63,404 nucleotides of DNA from Octopus bimaculoides (Eukaryota), in assembly GCF_001194135.2 (NCBI RefSeq), contig NC_068985.1, positions 36,363,838-36,427,241 of the forward strand, read 5' to 3'. This document shows positions 37,991 through 52,298 of the stretch, piece by piece. The notes beneath the pieces are model-generated. The model saw only the letters and a program-made list of their open reading frames with translations. It was not told where the DNA came from and ran no database searches. Both the position numbers and the translations under genes were made by a program. Each line of letters starts with the position of its first letter. The first letter of the stretch is position 1.

Positions 37991-40523
37991 ATATGTAAGC
38001 TTGCCTCATCAAATACTATTATATATTGGTCATATCATCAATTTTGATGACTTCCAAAGTGATTACTCTAATTACTTCTCAGAAAATGTCTCCAGCACAA
38101 ACCAAAAATGATTATAACATTACCAAAAACGGTCTTAAGTTCTTGAACATCAGCATTGTTCATTGGGAATATCTTACATTGAACAAAAATGAATGGCTGT
38201 CTGTAAGAATGAACACTAGCATGCAGTGAGAAAATTCAAATTGGCCATGTGGTGAAAGATGATCTTCAGATGTGGAGTCTCATGGAGGCGATAACATGTG
38301 ATAACATGTGACTGAAACTTTTGGTGATTTGCTGTGCTTGTGAAGACATGTCATCATCATCATTTAACGTCCGTTTTCCATGCTGGCATGGGTTGGACGG
38401 TTTGACTGATGTCTAGAGAGCCAGCAGCTGCACCAGGCTCCAATCTGATCTGGCAATTTTTCTACAGTTGGATGCCCTTCCTAACACCAGCCACTCCGAG
38501 TGTGTAGTGGGTGCGTTATACGTGCTACCAGCACAGGAGCCAGTCAGGCAGGCCTGGCATCGATCACATTTGGATAGTGCTTTTTATGTGCCACTGGCAT
38601 TGGAGCCAGTCAGTGGGTACTGGCATTAGCCATGTTCAGATGGTGCTTTTTGAAATTGTGGTCAGTACCAGTGACACATAAAAGGCACCTGGTACATTTT
38701 GTGGAGTGGTTGGCATTAGTAAGGGCATCTAGTTGTAGAAACCAAGCCAAAACCGACTAGAGCCTGATGCAGTTCTCTGGCTTACCAATTCCAGACTGTT
38801 TTATGTGCCACCAAACTGTCTAACCCATGCCAGTGTGGAAAATGGACACTAAATGATGATAATAATGATGATGATGAATGCTTGAAAACTCTGCATGGTT
38901 AGAGGATTCAGAGACAATCTTACCTGCACAGTCTGTGGTCATATAACATCATGTAAATCATCCATGTAAGTTCACATATTGGGAGACCAGCTTGGGATGC
39001 TTATTTGCTTACAACTCTAATAGCACCAGTGGAACACTGCTGTCCTTTTTGTCCAAAGTATGCTCATCTATTGGGACTGAAAATCCATTTTAAATGAATC
39101 CAAAAATGTGGAATTGTTGTTGGTGTGAATCTTGACCAAATTATGTGTTAACATATGTTACAAAAAAAAAAAATTTTAAACATAATCAGGACTAAGTAAT
39201 CATTAGTGGGCCTATAGTAGAAATGCTGTCAAATCTGTTGCAGGTATATGTCTTCATTAAGAAAGTTGTTATGCTTGAAATCTTCCTTGTTTTACCCTTC
39301 TTGTCTGTTTTTATACACACACACATAAATATGTATGTATATGTACATGCATGCATGAGTTTATGGTTAAGCAGTTCTCTTCCCAACAATGTGGTTTTGA
39401 GTTCAATCCTATTGTGTGGCACCTTGAGCAAGTGTCTTCTGCTATAGCTTCAGGTTGACCAATGTCTAGAGTGAGTGAAATTGATAGGTAGAAACTATAT
39501 GGAAACTCATTGCGTGTGATTATATCTATGAATGTTGATGTTTCAAGGTTTCACTTGTCACTGCTTGATCAAAATAGTGACATGATGTTTACATTCTCTG
39601 TTGACATTATGACTAGTCATTCTGAGTTTTTGAAGACCAGTGAAATAAAAAAAAAATTCTTTGCTGACAAACAGGTAAGGGTTGGTGATAGAAATAGCAT
39701 CCTGTTGTAAAATTCAGTCTCAAGTAAGTCACCATTCAGCAGCTTGCTAGCATGGGGAAAGCAGACAATATTAACAACTGTGGAAACCAAGCTTAAAATG
39801 AAAGTTATGTGTGCGATATGATCCACTTAGCTAAGAGAGCATTAATGGCATATTATCCAACTTTTGTTGAAAAGTGAATGGCATAAAATGATGACATGTA
39901 TGTTATACATTTAATTGCCATTTTTGAAGATCATGTTATTTAAATTTGACAGAAATTCATTCAGTTACATTACTGTCTTCTGTCACCCTGTTACTCCATA
40001 TTACTCCTGCTGTTTTTCTATTCATTCTCCTTTCCAACAACATGTTGCTTCTTATCAATGTCTCTTTTCCATCACTCCTGCATTTATTAGTCATTCACTC
40101 CTATCATTCTTTTTTTTCTTACATACTATACTTTCTTTCACCTTCTCACCTTGGTTCCCCCTCTGTTATCACTGTCTTCTATTCCCCCTTTTGGTCACTA
40201 TGTTTACTTCAAATGAGTAGTGACAATGTAGAGCAGAGAGCCTTCTTTAGTTTTTTAGGGGACAAGACTTCTCCTGTGCTGGTGCCTTGATAAAGGTACT
40301 CAGTATACTCTGTAAAATGATTGGTGAACACTCGAAGACAATGTAGAGTTGACTTATCAAGGACATGATGATCTCTCTATTGGAGATCTATGATAAAAAA
40401 CAGCCAATGTACCTGTAAAGTAGTTGGCCTTAGGAAGGGTATCCAACAATGGAAAACCATGCCAAAAAGTGGAACTTATGTGGTTCTCCAACTTATCTAG
40501 ATGTAGGAAGGTAGTAATCTATC

Positions 40524-40718
40524 TTCCTGTTGGTTAGGGCAAACTGTGTAAACTCTTCCAAGGGTGAGGGAAGATTTTAAGTTTGGCTGCCCCTTGGCGG
40601 GTTGTCCTTGTTTCCTTGATTCCCAAATGCGTGTTTTCTTTTTCCAAATATAATATAATGAAACCTGGGGATACAGGAGGATCTTGGCAAAGGGGTCATT
40701 GGTGCATATTTTGAAGAA
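40524..40718 (-). mobile_element. Inverted copy of a Helitron segment
   Basis: Reverse complement matches 41567-41761 with 5 mismatches in 195 nt; ends at the gap. Confidence 0.85.
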
Positions 40719-41464
40719 NNNNNNNNNNNNNNNNNNNNNNNNNNNNNNNNNNNNNNNNNNNNNNNNNNNNNNNNNNNNNNNNNNNNNNNNNNNNNNNNNN
40801 NNNNNNNNNNNNNNNNNNNNNNNNNNNNNNNNNNNNNNNNNNNNNNNNNNNNNNNNNNNNNNNNNNNNNNNNNNNNNNNNNNNNNNNNNNNNNNNNNNNN
40901 NNNNNNNNNNNNNNNNNNNNNNNNNNNNNNNNNNNNNNNNNNNNNNNNNNNNNNNNNNNNNNNNNNNNNNNNNNNNNNNNNNNNNNNNNNNNNNNNNNNN
41001 NNNNNNNNNNNNNNNNNNNNNNNNNNNNNNNNNNNNNNNNNNNNNNNNNNNNNNNNNNNNNNNNNNNNNNNNNNNNNNNNNNNNNNNNNNNNNNNNNNNN
41101 NNNNNNNNNNNNNNNNNNNNNNNNNNNNNNNNNNNNNNNNNNNNNNNNNNNNNNNNNNNNNNNNNNNNNNNNNNNNNNNNNNNNNNNNNNNNNNNNNNNN
41201 NNNNNNNNNNNNNNNNNNNNNNNNNNNNNNNNNNNNNNNNNNNNNNNNNNNNNNNNNNNNNNNNNNNNNNNNNNNNNNNNNNNNNNNNNNNNNNNNNNNN
41301 NNNNNNNNNNNNNNNNNNNNNNNNNNNNNNNNNNNNNNNNNNNNNNNNNNNNNNNNNNNNNNNNNNNNNNNNNNNNNNNNNNNNNNNNNNNNNNNNNNNN
41401 NNNNNNNNNNNNNNNNNNNNNNNNNNNNNNNNNNNNAAAACCACGAAAAACTGAAAAAATCGAT

Positions 41465-44094
41465 TTGTTTCAAGTTTTGCATCTTGAAAATGGCCAGAGA
41501 GTCTACTTCTCAAGCTCTAATGCTGTTCAGCTGGTACAAGAACCCAAGGACACCGCGCTCACCACCTTCTTCAAACTATGCACCAATGACTCCTTTGCCA
41601 AGATCCTCCTGTATCCCCAGGTTTCATTATATTATATTTGGAAAAAGAAAACACGCATTTGGGAATCAAGGAAACAAAGACAACCCGCCAAAGGGCAGCC
41701 AAACTTAAAATCTTCCCCCACCCTTGGAAGAGTTTACACAGTTTGCCCTAACCAACAGGAATGTTTTTACCTTCGCCTACTGCTGCATGAGGTCACGGGA
41801 CTGACATCTTTTGACGACCTGAAATGCTTCAGTGGTGAAGCTTTTGCTACATACTGCGAAGCCTGCCTTAAACGTGGCCTGCTAGAAGACAGCGCTCAGT
41901 GGGATGCAACCTTGGCAGAAACAGCTACAATATGCTTGAGGAGGAGTCTTCGGAAGCTCTTTGCAGTGCTACTGCAAACATGTGCCCTCAGTGATCCTGT
42001 AACCTTATGGGAGAAATACAAAGAAGACCTTTCAGAGGACTATCACCACCATGGACAACTTCTGTTGCCTCACTTGAACGTTGCTTTTAACGATGAATTC
42101 TTCAACAGAGCACTCATCGACATTGAGGGTAGCCTACTTACTGCTGGCAGTAACAACCTTTCATTTTATGGTCTACCGAAAGTCAGCAGAATAGGCTCAC
42201 ACACACTACCAACAGGCATTATTCAGGAAACAGCCTATGACGTTGATGCTCTTCAACAATACATCAACAAAAATAAGCCGAAGTTGCTTCAGAACCAGCA
42301 GCACACATACAGCGCTGTCTACACTTCCATTCATGAATGCAAAGGAGGTATTTTCTTTTTAGATGCCCCAGGAGGAACTGGTAACGCATTCGTGACTAAA
42401 ATCCTCCTTGCAAAAGTACGCCAGCAAAAGGGGATCACTTTAGCTGTAGCTTCTTCCGGAATTGCCACGACTCTACTGCCCAGTGGTAGAGGACGGCTCA
42501 TTCGACCTTCGAACTCCCGCTCAATGCTTCTGTGTCCGACTCAGCCACCTGCAATATTACAAAAGACTTAGACAAAGCAGAAGTGCTGCAAAGGTGCCAG
42601 CTCATTGTTTGAGATGAATGCACCATGGCACATAAAGGATCCCTTGAAGCACTGGACAAGACCCTGAAAGGCATCAGGGGCTGTATTAGCCCCATGGGAG
42701 GTGTTTCCCTCTTCTGTCTGGTGATTTCAGGCAAACTCTACCCATAATTCCAAAAGGCACCAGAGCCGATACTGTAATGGCTTGCTTTAAGTCATCTTCC
42801 CTGTAGCAGGACGTAACAATTTTGATTCTTACAACAAACATGAGGGCCCAGCTTTTCAGCGACAACTTACTGGGTGACTTCTCCAAGCTACTTCTCACTG
42901 TCGGTGATGGTACAGCTCCCTCCGATGCAGCTGGAGAGATGGCTGTTTCACACATAGGCACACCTGTGGACACTGTGGATGACCTTACAACTGCTGTTTT
43001 TTCTGATCTGCACATAAACTATGAAAACCTGAATTGGCTGTGCAAAAGAGCCATATTAGCTCCCCAAAACACATTTACTGTGAAAACCTACTGCGAAGCC
43101 TTCCTGGAAATCTTCACACCTACAAGTCTGTGGACCAAGAAGCGGCTGTTAATTTTCCCACAGAATTCCTCAATTCCTTGGACCCCTCCAGACTACCGCC
43201 TCATCAACTGCACCTCAAAATTGGAGCTTCGGTCATGCTGCTGAGGAACCTGGAGCCACCACGTCTGTGCAATGGAATGCGCTTAGTGGTAAAAAATGTG
43301 CTGCCTTATGTTATTGAAGCAACAATTCTTATAGGTTGCGGTATCAGAAACATCTTTATACCCAGGATACCTCTTACTCCATCAGATAAGCAATGCCCCT
43401 GTCCCTTTTGTTGATTTCAGTTCCCTCTTTGACTTTGCTTTGCTATGTCCATCAACAAGTCCCAAGGCCAAACACTAACAACAACAGGCCTCCATTTAGG
43501 CCAACCATGCTTCTCGCACAGCCAATTATACGTCAGATGTAAAAAAGACCTTTTCGTGTTTGCCCCGAAAGCCAAAAGAAAAAATGTTGTCTACCAAGAG
43601 GTGCTGTAGGCCATCCAACATACTGCAGCTTCTCTGCCGAACAGGTTTATGGTGAATGAGTACTATTGTTGCCATTCTTTCAAAATTACCTGTTTTTCTT
43701 AAGTCTATTTTTTATTCTCTCTGCTACAGCTTCTCCATCTCCTTGCAGATGGCTTGAATTTTGGCATCACTGCACCCACTGCTTTACATGTGAACGAAAA
43801 AGGACGTTTATACTTGTGAAATCCTTTTCAGGGCTATTGTGAGAACGATAACATGGCCCTTTTCAGGGCTTGTTGCACCTCCTGAGATGCTCTTGTGGCT
43901 TCTCCAGGGCTTTTCACTCTGTTGTTACTACTTTATTTATGGTCTATGGGAAAAATCACTTCTTCCCCAATGCCAATGTTTGCAACTTAATGCAAAAAAT
44001 ATTGAAAGAGATGTACAACAAAAAAGAATGGTAGAACCTATTAAGACCATTGCCAAGTATTTAATACCTGAGCAATGCTGGGTACTCCTGCTAG
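41465..44094 (+). mobile_element. Helitron (Rep/PIF1 helicase), decayed, 3' end intact, in API5 intron 1
   Basis: HLENGQRVYF, GRVYTV.P.QQECFYLRLLL, FLDAPGGTGN (Walker A K to N), AVASSGIATTLLP.GR, LP.HQLHLKIGA.VMLLRNL..PRLCNG.RL and NVVYQEVL* (stop 43607-43609), with frameshifts. Subterminal hairpin 44066-44083, then CTAG 44091-44094 followed by T. Confidence 0.92.
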
Positions 44095-44694
44095 TTTAAA
44101 GAACTAATTCAGCCCATCACATAAAATGAAGATGAAGTTAAACATATACACATGCACAGTTTCATCTGAATAGTACATTACATACGCCTGCTTTGTATTG
44201 GATCAAGTTTAGCCAGAGATGTTAAAGTGAAATGGTACATTATGTAGAGCCCCTTTTCTGAGATTATAGAACAGTCTAAACCACAAGGCTACTGTTGGAT
44301 TGCTCATTACTGGATTCTCCTTACTCCTTGGATGATTTGAGAAATAACACAAATACTGTGCATGATTACATAAAATAGTTGAAACATTTGATATTGCTAC
44401 AAAATAATGATAATATGTCATATTAAAACTATCAAAAGCATTTATTTAGGTATTCTTGTAATTCACTTAAACATTAAAAATTTTTTTTATATGTTTTTAG
44501 AATCATCTGTGAACAGTATTTAAAAGTAATCAGCCTTAGTGAGAAAAAGCCCACCAAAAAACATGAGACCCAATGCCTGAATTTGTATTGTTTGAGTGCA
44601 CAAATGACATTTTGGTTGTGAATTGGAGCAAAATACTCATTGTTGAAAATGAAAAAAATTTCTGTCTGAATAAAATGTTTGTTTCACTTTTCAG

Positions 44695-44856
44695 CATGAA
44701 GAACAGTATCTGTCAATCCTAAGTGCAGTTAAAAGTGGTGCTAGTGAGAAACGGCTGGCATCACAGTTCATCGCCCGGTTCTTTAAACACTTCCCACAGT
44801 TGAGCCAGGAATCATTCAATGCTCTTTTTGAATTGTGTGAAGATGATGACATTACA
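44695..44856 (+). CDS. API5: API5 exon 2
   Basis: ttttcag acceptor, aca/gtaagt donor; HEEQY...EKRLASQFIARFFKHFP...LCEDDDIT. Confidence 0.95.
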
Positions 44857-45120
44857 GTAAGTTATTCAGCTGCTCCTCTTCTTTATTACTCATATATATA
44901 ATGAAGCAGCGTATTTGCTTTGCATTACTGTACATGTGTGTGAAATGTAAGCCAGTATTTATATATTATTTTCTGTGTAATCTCTCTCCTACTTGCAGTT
45001 AATGCTTAATGAATTCTTGTTTAAACCATATGGAGGTATAATCACTGCCCTACATTTTTTTTTTTTTTTATTATAAACATTGTTAAATGTTCTTTAAACT
45101 TTACATTACTTGTTAGTTTA

Positions 45121-45160
<40 letters not shown>

Positions 45161-45381
45161 AACATAGACATATATAATGCTAAGCTGTCAACATTGTACT
45201 ATTATGCAAATGAGTTGTGACATTCCCAATCTTGTTTATATTTTTGATCATATTGCTTTCTTTGGCAGCTTGCAAGGCAGGCATAAGTGATCCTTGATGA
45301 ATCTTAAGTCTGACGGAACTAGATATAATTGTGTGTGTGTGTGTGTGTCTCTCTCTCTATATATATGTCTATGTGTGTATA

Positions 45382-45462
<81 letters not shown>

Positions 45463-46040
45463 TGGAAGGTTTGGAGGTGATATATATATATATATATAAT
45501 ATGTTATATATATATAATATGTTTGTGTGTGTAATAAACAATATATTATAGTAGTAATAGTAAATATATGTATGTTCATTTATAATGACAATGGTGATGA
45601 TGGGGATGTAATATGAACATAATGATTGGGTGAAGCTCATATGGAGATATAATATATAATATCATATCTACACTGGAGTCTCTCCAGACAGTTATGTTCA
45701 TATTAAGTTGTATGATAGTCTCCCATCTATCACCTCTCTGCTATTACTGTACCTTCCCACTATCTCTTTATTGATCATCCATCAAACTGTCTGTATAATA
45801 AAGGATGGAGTGCATACATATACATATATATAAAAGCAAGTGTGTTTGACATGAAGTAGAATTTGGTGTATAGTTAGTATATTGTAAATGCTTAGCTTAC
45901 CTGAAAATAAAATCAATATACTAACCAACTCTGTTCTCTCCACCAATTTATTAATGTAACCACTAATGTACATTAAATTTTGTTTTTAACTCTTTGTCAA
46001 CATTATTTATCTGTTATATTTTTATATTACAAATTCTTAG

Positions 46041-46209
46041 ATCCGGAAGCAGGCAATTAAAGATCTTCCAGCGTTGTGCCGAGTTACACCTGAATTTGTG
46101 TCCAAAATAGTTGTGGCTCTTATTCAGTTGCTGCAACATTTTACTGACAGTTCTGAGCTGAGCCTAATCCAGTCGTCCCTCACCACATTGTTCAGCATCA
46201 ATGCTTCAG
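46041..46209 (+). CDS. API5: API5 exon 3
   Basis: ttcttag acceptor, cag/gttagt donor; IRKQAIKDLP...LIQLL (LxxLL motif). Confidence 0.93.
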
Positions 46210-47491
46210 GTTAGTCATACACTTTTATTTTTTGTGGGTAATTTAGATACTAAATTACTAACCAAATGTTAATGACTTGAGCATAATCAAATCCATTATG
46301 GTACAGGTATAAGTGTGTGGCTAAGAAGTTAATTTCTCAACCAAATGGTTTTGGGTTCAGTCCCACCTGGTATCTTGGGCTGATCAAAACCTTGAGTAGA
46401 TTTAGCCAGCAGAAACTGAAAAAAGTCCATTGTGTGTGTGTATGCATATATGTATAAACGTGTGTATGCTTGTGTGAATGAGTTCATATTTCTCCTTATC
46501 TTCAAATGCATTTACCGGTTCAAACTGGTCTTGCAGATGGTGTTGTTTGCTTGCAATCCATTATGCAAACTTGGACAGGTTTCTTGACATGTTGCACAAA
46601 CTTTGTAAACAAAGGACTCATTCAAAAAGTGTCATTTATTTCCAGTCCTCTTCACAACCATGTCTGGAAACAGAGCATTGAAAATTCTATCCCAGGATAT
46701 TCTCATCTTACCCATGCAAACATAGTAAAGTAGATGTTAAAATAATGCTGGTGCTAAATTCATTGTAGTTGTAGGAAAAGTACATTAGTCTAACTTTTCA
46801 CATTGAAAATAGGCATCAAAGGAACAGCAGTCATGTTTTTGTTAAAATCATGCAAATGTTATAATAGAAAATGAATGTGAAACAGAAAAAAAAATAGAGA
46901 GATTTTAACATCCTACAATATTATTTTTTTACTTTTTTATTTAAGCATTGGACGGAGAACTAGCAGAATCATTAGTACACCAGACAAGATGTTCAGCAAC
47001 ATTTCTTCTAGCTTTATGTTCTGAGTTCAAATTCTGCTGAAGTTGACTTTGTCCTTCATTTTTTTGGGTGGTGGGGTTGGGGGTCCATAAAATAAGTAAC
47101 ATTTGAGCACTGAAGTCAATGTGATCAATAAGTCTCTGCATCCTCAAATTCCAGGCCTTGTGCCTATAGTAGAAAAAATTGTTTTTATTTATGGATAAAT
47201 TAAGAAATTTTTTAAGTTAAATATTTGTTTTGCTTTTCACTGCATTGCAAAAATTGTTTGGGATTTAACAACTATAATCTTAATAATTAATCTCTTTCTT
47301 TTTTTTCTATGAACGAAGAATTGTTGATGAAAATTTTGACTAATGTTAACTGCTTGTTTGTAGTCCAGCTTCCTCCTGCCTCAGAATTATTGGGCATACT
47401 CCCTCATTTGTTTTGCTGAAAACTTTCTCTATTGTTGAAGATGACTACTTTATATTGTTGATTTTCTGATTTTGCTTCTTTTTTTTTGCAG

Positions 47492-47643
47492 GTACATTGA
47501 AAGGTCTTTTTAGTATGATTCTTGGAGAAAATGACTGTCTACGGGATCTGGCTCTTAAATTCTTAACAAATAAAGTAAAAGTATTACCTGAGGATACTTT
47601 AGGGAAAGAAGATGAAGATCTCATTGTAGGAGAGTGCAGAAAG
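47492..47643 (+). CDS. API5: API5 exon 4
   Basis: T-tract gcag acceptor, aag/gtaaat donor; GTLKGLFSMIL...KFLTNKVKVLPED. Confidence 0.94.
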
Positions 47644-48286
47644 GTAAATTGTAAACTCTTTGAATTTAGTGTGAGGGAGAGTTTGTGATACAGCATGAGA
47701 GGTTCTTTTTGTTACAAATATATTGACATTTCTTGTTTTGTAAACCTAAATATTTCTTGCCTCAAGCAACTAAACTAACCTTTCCTGCTAGGTGGTGAGA
47801 CAGACAAGCACTTCCAATAAACCCTTTCTGTCTTAGTTAGTCAGGTAAACTCTTCTTGTTGTGCAAGGCATGCTTTTCCTACTGAAAACAAACTAGTTGA
47901 CATTCATTTCTCAGGTAGACAAGCACTAATAGCTTTTTAAACTGTTTCTTACCTTAGGATGGATTTACAATATTGGAAATATTTTATCAAGTACTTTATA
48001 TCTGTTTTATTCAAATTAGTCATTGTAACATTCCACTGCCTATATTTATTATCCTGTCTTATAGTGTTTGATATGTTTATTATTCTGGATAATACTAATG
48101 TGACATTAGTGAGATTGAACTGGAAGAGCTTCCATACAGTTTCTATCTAGCAATCTTACTCTCAGCAATGTATTGCCTGTGGTTATAGTAGAAGATATTT
48201 ACCCAGTGGGACTGAATTCAAAAGTTTGTGATTGCAAAGCCAGCTTCATAACCACACATCCATGCATTATATTATATTTAATGTGA

Positions 48287-48505
48287 AAGGTGGCAAGCTG
48301 GCAGAACTGTTAGCACACCGGATGAAATGCTTAACAGTATTTCATCTGCCGCTACATTCTGAGTTCAAATTCTGCCGAGGTCAACTTTGTCTTTCATCCT
48401 TTTGGGAGTCAATAAATTAAGTACCAGTGAAACACTGGAGTTGATATAATCGACTAGTCCCCTACCCCCAAATTTGAGGCCTTGTGCCTCCAGTAGAAAG
48501 GATTA
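48287..48505 (+). mobile_element. tRNA-derived SINE, family E
   Basis: GCTGGCAGAA.TGTTAGCAC...GAGTTCAAATTC...GGCCTTGTGCC. Other copies at about 2820-2950, 12790-12920, 22125-22335, 34660-34865, 46948-47175 and 53895-54110. Confidence 0.8.
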
Positions 48506-48664
48506 TATTATATTTAATGTGAATTTAGAATGTTTCTTATGTTCAGTTGTCTGTGATACATGTAGGAATTATCTAATGACTTGTAATATAGTGAATACTT
48601 GGCAACCCATATATGTGTTTTTATACTATATTTGTATGTGATTTCATTTGCTCTCTGTTGACAG

Positions 48665-48805
48665 GTGCTAATGGATGTAACCTGCATGGAATTTATTGCC
48701 ATTATGAACATGTTAAAGGGCCTAAAATCAATGAGTACAGTAACTGGCCGTCAACAATTGGTGGATATTATTATCATGCAAGCAGAACTGGACCAAAAAT
48801 TTAAT
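48665..48805 (+). CDS. API5: API5 exon 5
   Basis: gacag acceptor; the weak donor aat/gttggt is required for phase; VLMDVT.MEF...GRQQLVDII.MQAELDQKFN. Confidence 0.92.
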
Positions 48806-50080
48806 GTTGGTGAAAGTTTAAACTCTCTTTATTGTAAAATACTATTTTGTCTTGAGTAATTGTTTATTAGACTTAAATACATTCCTTTATTGTTCTCATA
48901 TCTGCCGTTTTGTGTATTGTTCTAATCTCTAGCATCCTAGATTACAATCAAAGTTTATTTTATTTTTGGAAGCTTATTGTAAACAATAACATTGTTTCAT
49001 GTAAGTTTCCAATGGACCAGCTACTGATTTACTGCAACTTAAGATGGTAAGAGTGACAAGGGTTGTTTTTGCAATTCAAGCAGAACAAATATTGCAAGGG
49101 ATTTTTCCCTGCCAAAATACTGTTTTTTCTTATCCCATTCTTGTCTAGCCTAATGACTTAAGCAATGCTTTCACCTTTCCCATACCATTTACCCACCTCC
49201 ACAAGCCTTTTGGGAATAATTATTCTTATTACTGTTATCACTGAACTGAGTATGCTTAAGAGGCATTATTTACCCTTTATTCAACCAAAAATATTGGGTG
49301 AATGAGCAGCAGACATTCCCACTTGCTGTATCATGTGTAAACACAGCTGACTTGCTAGAGAAACCTGTCTGTGCCATCTATCAGCAAAGAAGTAATTACC
49401 TGGTATCTGATTACCTCTAGTCTGATTATGGATGTATCTCTTCTATTCCTAACCTAATTTTCAATATATCTGATTTCTTTCTGTTTTTAAACATCTTAAG
49501 ATAATTTTATTAATTTCTAGTCAGTATATCAGTGAATAAATGCATGATAATTTTTAAAGTACAGTATGTCGGGTAATATTTTCCTTTTTAATGCCACTTT
49601 TCACAAGTAGCTGTTTATTGTTGATAAGAGGAAGGAAGAAGAGTCAAGCCAGCTGATGAAAGGTATACCTTACTAGTAAATGATATGCAATGCAAATGGT
49701 TATTATCATTGCCAACGTTTCTTTAAGTTCAAATCTGACCTTATTAATTGAATATCAAAAACAGAATTTATTTAGGATTTCAGCTTTGATGGCATGGCTG
49801 TGTGGTTAGAAAGCTTGCATCCCAGCTACATGGTTTCGGGTTCAGTCCCATCACGTGGCACCTTGGTCAAGTGCCTTCTGCTATAGCCCCGAGCCGACCG
49901 AAGCTTTGTCATTGAATTTGGTAGGCGGAAGTTACTGCCGTGTGTGTATATGTCTGTGTATGTGCTTGTGCCTCTCTCCGAAAGAGAGAGAGAGAGAGAG
50001 AGAGAGGATACTAATAATAGGAAAATAAAATAATAAAATTGGCCTGAAAAAATCAAACATACACAAGACAGTGTGTGTGT

Positions 50081-50128
<48 letters not shown>

Positions 50129-50283
50129 TCTAAGCCAACAAGTGTTGGCAATATTTTCTCTGTACAAATGTAGAAGAAAATAAAGAAATGAGTCAACCAA
50201 AACAAATTCTGATGGTGTTTAATTTTACTATGCACAGCAGCCATATAACTTATTGTTAAATTAATGGCTTTTTTCTTCTATAG

Positions 50284-50349
50284 CCTGAAGACCCTGATTG
50301 TGCTGACAGATTGATGCAGTGTGTCAAGCAAAGTTTACCTCTTTTCTCT
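50284..50349 (+). CDS. API5: API5 exon 6
   Basis: ttctatag acceptor, tct/gtgagt donor; PEDPDCADRLMQCVKQSLPLFS. Confidence 0.92.
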
Positions 50350-51605
50350 GTGAGTAGCTTTCCCTATATTTCATCATGTTTATTTTAATTTAAAAAATTA
50401 TATTGATTTTTATATATATTTGGATTAGGTGTAGCCATGGCTGTATGATTAAGATGTTCACTTTAGAATCACTTGGTTTAGGATTCACTCCCACTGCAAG
50501 GATACTGCCTGCTGGTGTCTTCTGCTATATATGTGGGTTGACCAAGGCCTTGTGAGTGAAATTTGATGGACAGAAACTGGAAGAAGACCATTGTGTGTGT
50601 GTGTGTGTATGCATATTTCATCATCATCCTTTAATGCCCCCTTTTCCAAGCTTTTGCGGGTAAGAGAATTTGTTGATGCAGATTTTGATTGGCTAGATGC
50701 CCTGCCTGTTGTGAACCCTCACCTGCTTCCAAGTGAGTTAATATTTTCCCATAACTAGATATGTTTTTCACAGAAGACTGTAAATGAACAGCCTCACTTG
50801 TATGATGAAGATGCTCGTTTAAAGCTACCATGTGATATAAAGACAAAGGTAAACACAAATACATTCACATGGATACATATGTACACATACATACATATGC
50901 ACACACACGCACACACACACACACATATTTTTATATAGGTAGTTAGGGTAAATCCCAGCTGTTTCCTCTTGAAGTACATCTGCTTTTTCTATTATTAAAT
51001 TCAGTATGTGTCCATATTCTAATAGGAAATTCTTTACAGGTCTATATAACATGTTCATTTTATATAGGGGTTCATCAAGGTAGAGGTTTGTCAAGAATTA
51101 GTCCTTAGTCCCCTCCTTTTCATCATTGTCCTCCAGGCCATAACAAAGGCCAGATACCCTTCCTAACATCAACCACTTTACAGCATGTACTGGATGCTTT
51201 TTTTTTTCATGCTACTGGCAGCAGTGAAGTCATCATGCAGCTTGCAAGACTATGAAACCTGAAGTGCAGGTGGAGATGTGGGTGCTTTATGTGAGGAGAT
51301 GAGGGGGTTAATGTATGTGAAAAGAGTGAGGGTGCAGAGTAGGTTCTTGTAGGGGAGCTACATGGCTACTCATGTTTAGAACAGAGGGTGAGAATGATCA
51401 ATAGGAGTTGCAACGAAATAGATAGTGGAGATGAGGTGCCCAGGTAGCTCTACAAGGTATGAGGTGAGTAGAAGTGAGTCGAGCAGAGAAACTTAAGAGT
51501 GTGAATGGGTGAGAGGATAAATAGATCATTAGGCTTAACATGTTTTACACAGATTAGTTTTGTTTTATTTGGCCACTTATATTATTGTTGTTTTTATTTT
51601 TGTAG

Positions 51606-51800
51606 AAAAATGTCCATTCCAAAGTATTTGTCAGCTACATATGTGATCATGTAATACTAGATCTCTCTAATTTGATAAATATTGATGGAAACATCAATGT
51701 ACAACTTGAAATGCTGAAGCTCTTTGCAGAGATTTCAGAATTTGCTGGAGAATTGGATGATGTTGAAGAAAAAGTGGAACGAATTTATGAAAAACTAATT
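51606..51800 (+). CDS. API5: API5 exon 7
   Basis: tttgtag acceptor, att/gtaagt donor; KNVHSKVFV...QLEMLKLFAEISEF. Confidence 0.94.
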
Positions 51801-52298
51801 GTAAGTATTTGCTCTTTCTTCTCCCAATTTGTTTTTATTTTGATGATGATGATGATGTTATACATCAAGGAAGACTTATTGAAGAAATTATATAAGGGAA
51901 ATTTGTGACTTTGGCTTCACAAATGAAATAACTTGGACAGATATTTTGAAAGATACCATTCAACCCATACCAGCTTGGAAAATAAACATTAAAACAAAAC
52001 ATCAATAATATATTAGTTATCACATACTATGATGCACTAGATTTGATTGCTTATGGTGTTAAATAAACTAGTCAACTAGAGATGCAATTTTTAGCTGTAA
52101 TGTCTCCAGCTATTGCTCTGATTAATGTTATTTAATAACATGCACACACTTCTCTCTTTCATGCAGGCATGGCTGTGTGATTAAGAAAATTATTTGCAAC
52201 CATTTGGCTTTGGATTTGGTCCTATTGTGCAGCACTACTCTAGCTTCAGGTTGACTAATGCCATGTGAATGGAATTTTGTAACTGTACACATATATCA

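Noticed and set aside
41465-42571. 368-aa ORF as a host PIF1 helicase gene
   Set aside because: Intronless, frameshifted downstream, Walker A mutated, includes Helitron Rep-linker motifs and ends in a Helitron hairpin plus CTAG.
49653-49680. CTGATGA followed by the hairpin AAGGT-AT-ACCTT
   Set aside because: No GAAA after the stem and no helix I or III.
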